Origin: Candidatus Collierbacteria bacterium GW2011_GWB1_44_6
GTDB lineage: Bacteria > Patescibacteriota > Microgenomatia > UBA1400 > MFAQ01
Reading direction: 5' to 3'
Assembly: GCA_000998025.1 (NCBI GenBank)
Contig: LCJG01000015.1
Coordinates: 1-40,889 of the forward strand
DNA length: 40,889 nt
Both the position numbers and the translations under genes were made by a program. The notes under the pieces are model-generated. The model worked only from the letters and a program-made list of their open reading frames with translations. It ran no database searches and had not been told where the DNA came from. Numbering within the stretch: position 1 is the stretch's first letter; each line of letters opens with the position of its first letter. Below, piece after piece: positions 34,191-40,889 of the stretch.

Positions 34191-36026
34191 ATGACCATAC
34201 ACGACATCAGGCAAAAGTATTTTGATTTTATGCAGGCTAGGGGACATCAAATTATTCCTTCCTCGTCTTTGGTTCCGGAAGGCGACGCCACTACTTTATT
34301 TACCTCTGCCGGCATGCAGCCCATGATGCCTTACCTCTTGGGACAAAAACATCCACTCGGTGCCAGACTCGCAGACAGTCAAAAATGTTTCCGGTCTCAA
34401 GATATTGATGAGGTGGGGGACAATCGCCACACTACTTTTTTTGAAATGCTGGGGAACTGGTCTCTAGGAGATTATTTCAAAAAAGAACAACTAAAATATT
34501 TTTTTACTTTTCTGACTGACAAAAAAGTAGGACTGGGTCTCGACCCACATCGCTTATCTGTTTCCGTCTTTGCTGGAGGATCGGGAGTAGACAAAGATGA
34601 GGAAGCTATTCAAATTTGGCAAAATCTTTTTGCCACTGTCGGCATTCAAGCTAAGGAAGGTGTTCATATCTTTCCCTACCCGGCCAAGAAAAATTGGTGG
34701 TCCCGCTCCGGCACCCCGGACCAGATGCCTACCGGAGAACCCGGTGGCCCAGATAGTGAAGTCTTCTTCGATTTTGGTGTGGAGAATAAGCTTCACGAAC
34801 TTTCCCCATGGAAAGACGAACCGTGTCACATAAACTGTGACTGTGGCCGTTTTATGGAAATCGGTAACTCTGTTTTTATGCAATATGTCAAACAAGCCGA
34901 TGGCTCTCTAAAAGAACTTCCTCAAAAAAATATCGACTTTGGTGGAGGGCTCACACGTCTCGAGGCCGCCGTCAGAGACGACCCCGACATGTTTAATATT
35001 TCTTCTTTGGCACCGGTTATTCAAGAGATCGAAAAATTATCAGAACATTCTTACTCAGTGGAAGAACACCGGTCCTCTATGCGGATTATCGCCGACCATC
35101 TAACTGCCGGTTCCTTTCTAATCAAAGACGGTGTCTTCCCAAGCAACAAAGGTCAGGGCTATGTCCTCCGCCGTTTGCTCCGTCGCGCTGCTATCAAGCT
35201 ATACTTCCTTACCTCAGACAGAGAATCAATTCTCAAGCTCCCCGAAATCGTCCGGGTGATTACCGATTTTTATGCTCATCCATATTTTGATCCACAGGAT
35301 TACCCTTCAATTCAGCACACGATCACTACCGAAATTTCCAAATTTAGTCACTCCTTAGATCGCGGTCTGAAGGAACTTGAAAAAAACCCACAAGTTGACG
35401 GCAAATTTGCCTTTGATCTATATCAAAACTACGGTTTCCCGCTGGAAATTACCGCTGAAATCTTGGCGCAAATGGGTAAGCAAGTTGATCTGAAAGAGTT
35501 CCAAGCAGAATTTGAAAAACACAAAGAACTCTCAAGGACTTCTTCTGCTGGTATGTTCAAGGGTGGTTTGGCCGATAAATCTCAAGTTGTCACCGCCTAT
35601 CACACCGCTACCCATCTACTACACGCTTCACTCCGCCGGATCCTGGGAAATCGTGTTGAGCAAAAAGGCAGTAATATAACGGCAGATAGACTAAGATTTG
35701 ATTTCTCCTATACGGAAAAAATCACCGATGAACAAATAAAGGCTATAGAAGATCTTATAAACAAAAAAATAGCCGAAAAACTCTCAGTTGTCCGCGAAGA
35801 GATGCCCAAAGAAGATGCTTTGAAGCAAGGAGCTCTCGCTTTCTTCGGTCAAAAATACCCCGAAATCGTCAGCGTTTATACCATTGGTCCAAAGAACAAT
35901 TTCTTCTCCAAAGAACTCTGTGGTGGTCCACATGTGGAAAGTCTTGCAGAACTTGCTAAGATAAATATAGTCAAACAAGAGTCCTTGGGCGCAACCACGC
36001 GTCGTCTCTACTTACAGTTTGTTTGA
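34191..36026 (+). CDS. alaS: Alanine--tRNA ligase, short form lacking C-Ala
   Basis: LFTSAGMQP, HTTFFEMLGNWSLGDYFK, GYVLRRLLRRA, editing HTATH and ELCGGPH. Confidence 0.96.
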   Translation: MTIHDIRQKYFDFMQARGHQIIPSSSLVPEGDATTLFTSAGMQPMMPYLLGQKHPLGARLADSQKCFRSQDIDEVGDNRHTTFFEMLGNWSLGDYFKKEQLKYFFTFLTDKKVGLGLDPHRLSVSVFAGGSGVDKDEEAIQIWQNLFATVGIQAKEGVHIFPYPAKKNWWSRSGTPDQMPTGEPGGPDSEVFFDFGVENKLHELSPWKDEPCHINCDCGRFMEIGNSVFMQYVKQADGSLKELPQKNIDFGGGLTRLEAAVRDDPDMFNISSLAPVIQEIEKLSEHSYSVEEHRSSMRIIADHLTAGSFLIKDGVFPSNKGQGYVLRRLLRRAAIKLYFLTSDRESILKLPEIVRVITDFYAHPYFDPQDYPSIQHTITTEISKFSHSLDRGLKELEKNPQVDGKFAFDLYQNYGFPLEITAEILAQMGKQVDLKEFQAEFEKHKELSRTSSAGMFKGGLADKSQVVTAYHTATHLLHASLRRILGNRVEQKGSNITADRLRFDFSYTEKITDEQIKAIEDLINKKIAEKLSVVREEMPKEDALKQGALAFFGQKYPEIVSVYTIGPKNNFFSKELCGGPHVESLAELAKINIVKQESLGATTRRLYLQFV

Positions 36027-36039
36027 CAATTAAGAATCT

Positions 36040-38184
36040 GTGAACTTAGTCAACCTATTTGGCAATAAATCAAAAAATCCCGAGCCGGAATATTTCTTGG
36101 CTATCGAAATTCACGAATCACTGATAAAAACTGCTCTGTGGGAGGTATTAGAAGGTCAGCCTGAGGTGGTGAACGTGGGCTCATATGAGTCGTGGACCGA
36201 AGAAGAATCTCTTATAAACGGCGTTGATTCCTCATTGGATCAGGCCATAAAAGTCATCAAAAGTCAGCCAAAGCGGACAATCATTGGCTTGCCCGACTCT
36301 TGGATGGAAAACGAAAAAATCCATTCTTCCAAAACTAAACTAATCAATCACTTATTCAAAGAGCTGGGGCTGGAACCTATTGGAGTAGTCACCATCAATA
36401 GGGCAATCGCGCATTACCTAAAAAAGAAAGAGGGTATGCCTCCCACTGTCATCCTTCTTGAGGTGTACACCAGTAAGGTGGCCGTTTCTTATGTGTATCT
36501 GGGTGTAGTAACCAAAACCGAAGAGGTGGCCAGGTCGGGCGATCTAGCGCACGATGTCGAGGAAGGGCTCACCCGAATGGACCTGCCCAATTACCCAGCA
36601 CGATTTATTTTGACCAATGGTGGAGGCTTGGAAGAAGAGTCCGAGCAACTCACCGCCTTCCCTTGGACAGACAGACTTCCCTTTAAGCACATACCCAAGG
36701 TGGAAATCCTTCCTGTTGATTTTTCCATCAAATCAATTGCTCTTACTGGGGGCATCGAAGCAGTCCAGTATTTAGGCTTGGAGGTCAAAGAAGATGAGGC
36801 CAATTTGGTTATACCAGAGGAACCCCCCTCTTCTATGGAGGAACTTGGATTTTCCTACGAGGAGACCTCTCCGCCATCGACAATTCCCCTGGCCGTACCA
36901 GTTAGTCCTCCGTTGGTAATGAGTGATGAGGGGTCTGAGACTTACGAAGAAAATGAGCCCGAATACGCCTTTAAGGAAGATAGCGACACTGTCTCGCCTA
37001 AAAAAATACCTCATTTCAAGCTCCCCGTTCCAACACTTCCAAAAATTACCCTACCAAAGTTACCACGTCTGAGTCTGGTTATCCTCATTACCCTACCGTT
37101 GCTTTTGATCTTGGGAGTTTTAAGCTATTTATATTTTGGAAAAGCTCAAATCACCATTCATTTCACTCCGCAGAAAATTACCAAACAAATTGGCATTGCC
37201 ATAGCTGAAACTCCACAAGAGGGGATACCAACGCTTATAGCCACCAAGAAAACTTTTTCAGGCACTGCAGTAGAGTCCGCCTCCACCACTGGTACGGCTA
37301 CTGTCGGTGACAAAGCTACGGGCAGCATCACGATTGGAAACAAATCAGTCGCGCCAATCATTCTCAAAGCAGGTACCACAATCACTAGCGATACTGGTAA
37401 ATATTCTTTCACTCTTCAGAATTCCGTCACAGTTGCCTCAGCCAGTGCCGATTCTCTGGATACCATTTCCGGAAAAGTTTCAGGAGTCTCGGTCACGGCA
37501 GCAAAAATTGGAGCAGAATTCAATCTTCCCAAAGACACGATCTTTACCGTCGACAATTTTTCAAAATCGATAGCCGCAGCCGTTGCCGAGGGAGACTTTA
37601 CCGGAGGCACTTCCCGCACAGTCAACGCTGTTTCCAAAGTTGATCAGGAAAAATTACTAGCTGCTTCAATCGAAAAGATAAAAGCCAAGGTCCAAACTGA
37701 CACTCAAACAGAAAACCCTGGGTTCAAAACTTTACCACTTTCCGAAATTCAATTTACCAAGAAGCAGTTTGATCATAATGTTTCAGAAGAGGCTACTACT
37801 CTTAGTCTGACTTTGGAAGGTTCGCTGGATGCCTTAGTCTATTCAGAAGACAGTCTTTACGAGTTGGCCGTCAAGGAGCTCAATGGCCAAATTCCTTCTG
37901 GTTCCGTCACGAAAAAAGAATCCACCAAAGTCAGCCTTGAAAATCCCAACAAATCAGACGGAAAATATTTATCGAAGCTAAATGTAGAAGCTTCACTTTA
38001 CCCGGAAATCGATAAAAACAAATTAACAGAATTTATTAAAGGCAAAGTGGCCGCTGGCACGCGCCACTTTTTTGAGCCCATCCCCGGCTTCACCGGTGTT
38101 GATGTAAGGATGACTCCTGCTGTACCCATGCTTACCAAGATATTTCCTCTTCGGAATATAAACTTTGAGTTAGTCAGTAATTGA
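36040..38184 (+). CDS. Bitopic protein: degenerate FtsA/PilM-like N-domain, TM, baseplate J-like C-domain
   Basis: FLAIEIHESLIKTALW N-terminus; acidic/Pro linker; TM near aa 346-366; KATGSITI.N...LKAGT...F.L...V.A..IG.EFN...FTGG motif. Confidence 0.6.
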   Translation: MNLVNLFGNKSKNPEPEYFLAIEIHESLIKTALWEVLEGQPEVVNVGSYESWTEEESLINGVDSSLDQAIKVIKSQPKRTIIGLPDSWMENEKIHSSKTKLINHLFKELGLEPIGVVTINRAIAHYLKKKEGMPPTVILLEVYTSKVAVSYVYLGVVTKTEEVARSGDLAHDVEEGLTRMDLPNYPARFILTNGGGLEEESEQLTAFPWTDRLPFKHIPKVEILPVDFSIKSIALTGGIEAVQYLGLEVKEDEANLVIPEEPPSSMEELGFSYEETSPPSTIPLAVPVSPPLVMSDEGSETYEENEPEYAFKEDSDTVSPKKIPHFKLPVPTLPKITLPKLPRLSLVILITLPLLLILGVLSYLYFGKAQITIHFTPQKITKQIGIAIAETPQEGIPTLIATKKTFSGTAVESASTTGTATVGDKATGSITIGNKSVAPIILKAGTTITSDTGKYSFTLQNSVTVASASADSLDTISGKVSGVSVTAAKIGAEFNLPKDTIFTVDNFSKSIAAAVAEGDFTGGTSRTVNAVSKVDQEKLLAASIEKIKAKVQTDTQTENPGFKTLPLSEIQFTKKQFDHNVSEEATTLSLTLEGSLDALVYSEDSLYELAVKELNGQIPSGSVTKKESTKVSLENPNKSDGKYLSKLNVEASLYPEIDKNKLTEFIKGKVAAGTRHFFEPIPGFTGVDVRMTPAVPMLTKIFPLRNINFELVSN

Positions 38185-38185
38185 C

Positions 38186-38938
38186 ATGCTCTATAGTTAC
38201 CGCAAAGCCACCAAAGACAATCCTCACCCTGGGCGGCGCATACCCCTGTATTTGAAAACCGTCCCCACTTTGGTGTCTGCCTTGGGACTAAGTATTCTTG
38301 CCGGAGTAGCCTACCCCGTAGTGAGCTATCAATTGAAAGGATTAAGTTTTTTTAGCATTGCTGATTCCGGTCTTCTTTCACCCATCTATTACGAATCTCA
38401 GGCAAACAATAACGGAGACCCTATCGTCATACAGGGTGCCGACTATACCAAGGCTAGCAGTTGGTTCCCTGGCACACCACAAAATGATCTATTTGCCTCA
38501 AAAAAAATCTTAGAGGCAGAGGTTCCTGACAATTATTCAATTTCCATTCCTTCTCTCGGGATTTTCGACGCCGAAGTCGCACTCAAAGATGAAGACTTAA
38601 CCAAGCACCTGGTCCAATATCCCCAAACCGCTCTACCGGGACAAATTGGAGCCCCTGTAATCTTTGGCCACTCGACGTTGCCTCAGCTCTTCGACCCAAA
38701 AAAGTACACCACGATTTTTTCCACCCTCCCCAAAGTTAAAATTGGTTCTGATATTATCGTCAAATACAGCGGTACCGAGTACACTTATCGGATTAATAAG
38801 ACCTATGAAGTCATGCCCAAAGAGCTTTGGGTTCTCCGTCAAGAATATTCGGACAAGACCTTAAAGCTCATTACTTGTGTCCCCCCCGGCACCACCCTCC
38901 GGCGTTTAGTTGTCGAAGGCGATCTCATTCAAAACTGA
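38186..38938 (+). CDS. Sortase
   Basis: N-terminal TM; ISIPSLGI, VIFGHS (His), LITC (Cys), RLVV (Arg). Confidence 0.9.
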   Translation: MLYSYRKATKDNPHPGRRIPLYLKTVPTLVSALGLSILAGVAYPVVSYQLKGLSFFSIADSGLLSPIYYESQANNNGDPIVIQGADYTKASSWFPGTPQNDLFASKKILEAEVPDNYSISIPSLGIFDAEVALKDEDLTKHLVQYPQTALPGQIGAPVIFGHSTLPQLFDPKKYTTIFSTLPKVKIGSDIIVKYSGTEYTYRINKTYEVMPKELWVLRQEYSDKTLKLITCVPPGTTLRRLVVEGDLIQN

Positions 38939-38966
38939 CGTACTCGTCATCCTCTATAATACCTCC

Positions 38967-39359
38967 ATGCCCATTATTCTTTGTCTTGACCCCGGTACTG
39001 CCCATACAGGTATTGCCGTATCATACGAGGGAGAACTCGCCAACCCACTTGATACTATTTATGAAAAAGATCTTGATAAGCTAGTAGTGGGTCTCCTTCC
39101 CTTTATCGTTCGCTTTAACCCAGACAAAGTCATCCTCGGCACTCCGGAACATGGTCCCCTAAAAAGTTTTGCTCAGGACCTTGGAGGCAGACTCAAAAAA
39201 GTATTTTCCGGAGAAATTATCTACTTTGAAGAAGATCTCAGCAGCCGCAAGGCCCGTCATCAAATGAAAGAAGTCGGGAAGACTCTCATAAAAAGGAAAC
39301 AGTTAGAGCATCAAACCGCCGCCGCCGTCATTCTTCAAGAGTATCTAGATTCCCTATAA
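38967..39359 (+). CDS. ruvX: YqgF/RuvX family RNase H-fold nuclease
   Basis: ILCLDPGTAHTGIAVS, EEDLSS, AAAVILQEYLD; start reassigned to ATG 38967, 6 nt after TATAAT. Confidence 0.88.
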   Translation: MPIILCLDPGTAHTGIAVSYEGELANPLDTIYEKDLDKLVVGLLPFIVRFNPDKVILGTPEHGPLKSFAQDLGGRLKKVFSGEIIYFEEDLSSRKARHQMKEVGKTLIKRKQLEHQTAAAVILQEYLDSL

Positions 39360-39404
39360 AACCGCGGCAATCCAAAGTAATAACCCATCGTATATAATCA
39401 AAAT

Positions 39405-39614
39405 ATGTTCAAGAATATTATCGCTCCTGTTCAAGCCTGGTTGTTGTCTCGAGGAATCTGTGTTGGCTGTGGTACACCTCTTGCAGAAGGCAACAAAAAA
39501 CCTTCTTCCAAGGTCAAAGATACCGACCAAGTTACCTGTAATAAGTGCGGCCGAATTTTTATCTACAATCCGAAGACAAACACCTATCGTCGTGCACTTC
39601 TCAGTGAAGTCTAA
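39405..39614 (+). CDS. Small zinc-ribbon protein
   Basis: CVGC...CNKC; TATAAT 6 nt upstream of ATG. Confidence 0.75.
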   Translation: MFKNIIAPVQAWLLSRGICVGCGTPLAEGNKKPSSKVKDTDQVTCNKCGRIFIYNPKTNTYRRALLSEV

Positions 39615-39620
39615 AAAAAC

Positions 39621-40601
39621 ATGTTAAAGCGTTTCTTTATTGCAATTACTCTTTTGGCCATGCTCGGCTTCGCCTGGTACTTTCAAGCCATCCAGCCTGT
39701 CACCCGAGAGCGTCTTCCCACGGTTGATTTTGAAATCAAGCCCGGTACCGGCATTGATCAAATAGCAAATGATCTAAGCGTCTCTCGTCTTATTCGCTCC
39801 CGGGTCGCCTTCAAAATCACCGTTATTCGCCTGGGAATAGCCAGCAAAATTCAAGCCGGCTATTTTAAGCTTACCCCAAGTATGGATGCCACCGACTTGG
39901 CCGAAGCTCTTACCCGTGCTTACGCCCGCCAGGTACGTGTGACCATTCCCGAAGGTTTGCGAAGTGAAGAAATCAATTTACTTCTTGAGAAAGCCTTTAG
40001 TCAAACTAAAGACAATCAGTATAACCCTAGTGAATTCACCTCTCTATCCAGAGGGAAAGAGGGACATCTGTTTCCCGATACCTACGATTTTATTCCCGAA
40101 GCTTCTGCCTCAGACATAATTCGTCGTATGACAGATCAGTTCGAAAAGGTTACCGTCGACATCTCAAAAAATAATCTAAAAGAAATAATTATCTTGGCCT
40201 CTTTACTCGAAAGAGAGGCCGCTTCGTCGCAAGAAATGCCAAAAGTGGCAGGAGTCATGATTAAAAGAATCGAAGCTGATTGGCCATTACAGATCGACGC
40301 CACCGTTCAATACGCTCTGGGATCTGTGCGTTGTAAGCAGTTAGATTGTGACTGGTGGAAGGACAATCTTTCCAAGGAAGACATTCGCTTCAATTCGCCT
40401 TACAACACTTATCTAAATACCGGTTTACCTCCTGCCCCCATTTCCAATCCAGGTCGGGATGCCCTAAAGGCGGCAGCTAGTCCAGAAAAAAGCTCAGCTT
40501 GGTTTTATCTTCACGATTTAAACGGCAACATTCACTATGCCGACACTATCGAACAGCACAATAAAAACATCTGCCTCTATCTGAAAAAAGACTGTAAATA
40601 A
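39621..40601 (+). CDS. mltG: Endolytic transglycosylase MltG
   Basis: IQAGYF, VTIPEG, EGHLFPDTY, ASLLERE, LQIDAT, SPYNTY...GLPPAPISNPG. Confidence 0.94.
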   Translation: MLKRFFIAITLLAMLGFAWYFQAIQPVTRERLPTVDFEIKPGTGIDQIANDLSVSRLIRSRVAFKITVIRLGIASKIQAGYFKLTPSMDATDLAEALTRAYARQVRVTIPEGLRSEEINLLLEKAFSQTKDNQYNPSEFTSLSRGKEGHLFPDTYDFIPEASASDIIRRMTDQFEKVTVDISKNNLKEIIILASLLEREAASSQEMPKVAGVMIKRIEADWPLQIDATVQYALGSVRCKQLDCDWWKDNLSKEDIRFNSPYNTYLNTGLPPAPISNPGRDALKAAASPEKSSAWFYLHDLNGNIHYADTIEQHNKNICLYLKKDCK

Positions 40602-40604
40602 TTT

Positions 40605-40644
40605 CGTCCTTGCGCGATTCGGTACTCCGAACCAAAGCAATCCA
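40605..40644. repeat. Diverged CGTC-tagged palindromic repeat
   Basis: CGTCcTTGCG...GGTACTCCGA...GCAATCCA, 3 nt after the mltG stop; shares core and end with 33474-33509. Confidence 0.7.
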
Positions 40645-40674
40645 AGGTCAAGTAAAATCCCATCGTCACTTCAC

Positions 40675-40704
40675 AAAAAACCGGTGGCCTTTCGGCTCAC
40701 CGGT
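40675..40704 (-). terminator. Intrinsic terminator for the minus-strand gene
   Basis: A run then ACCGGTG-GCC-TTTC-GGC-T-CACCGGT. Confidence 0.75.
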
Positions 40705-40719
40705 ATGTCAACCGTATAG

Positions 40720-40889
40720 TCATCTCTTGAACTTTTCACTAAAAATACGTGCGTTGAAGCTGAGAGCGTTCTGTTCGATATAACCTTTTTGCCACTTCAG
40801 CTCATTTCTGGCAAAGTAAACATCCTCAAGTTCTGCTCCGCAGATTTCAGCTAAACGGATATTCTCCCTATACTCAGCGATGATTCTTG
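40720..40889 (-). CDS. 3' end of a hypothetical protein entering from the right edge
   Basis: Open frame RIIAEYRENIRLAEICG...FSEKFKR* ending at TGA 40720-22, followed by a terminator. Confidence 0.55.
   Translation of the reverse strand, partial: RIIAEYRENIRLAEICGAELEDVYFARNELKWQKGYIEQNALSFNARIFSEKFKR

Noticed and set aside
36040-38184. Prophage or contractile injection system suggested by the baseplate J-like domain
   Set aside because: No sheath, tube, spike, terminase or integrase nearby; the protein has a TM helix and sits among housekeeping genes.

Overview
This is a 40.9-kb chromosomal segment from a genome-reduced bacterium using the standard code 11. It is most consistent with Patescibacteria/CPR, Microgenomates-like; this is an inference from the short IF-2, short HrcA, AlaRS without C-Ala, protease-less Lon and pilNO plus sortase. 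Housekeeping synteny is Firmicute-like: rpsT-murJ-lepA-hrcA-grpE-dnaK-dnaJ; nusA-infB-DHH-rpsO-pnp; rnj-ftsK-rodZ; alaS-ruvX-mltG. A minus-strand pilN-pilO-surface-protein cluster (Cys-rich, one LPETG) and a sortase are present, and single accessory genes are interleaved. I recognised no rRNA, tRNA, CRISPR, integrase or transposase. The most notable signals are: (1) a ~455-bp integrase-less one-gene cassette flanked by two synonymously recoded copies of the host gene's last 10 codons (PKIFRATDL*); (2) GTC/CGTC-tagged palindromic repeats that sit just after stop codons and also lie in frame inside LepA, an FAD oxidoreductase and the GrpE C-terminus, plus a separate palindrome attached to a DUF559 nuclease; (3) a recurrent leaderless-promoter layout (-10 box 6-8 nt before the start codon) that contrasts with SD-led accessory genes; (4) unusual proteins: an actin-like/baseplate-J fusion beside the sortase, a tandem NDT-like protein next to a PLD nuclease, a Lon AAA+ without protease domain or pore Tyr, and NusA with an alpha-CTD-like tail; (5) two lesions, an internally deleted rpsT and a 34-bp duplication frameshifting a GH39, that may be assembly errors.
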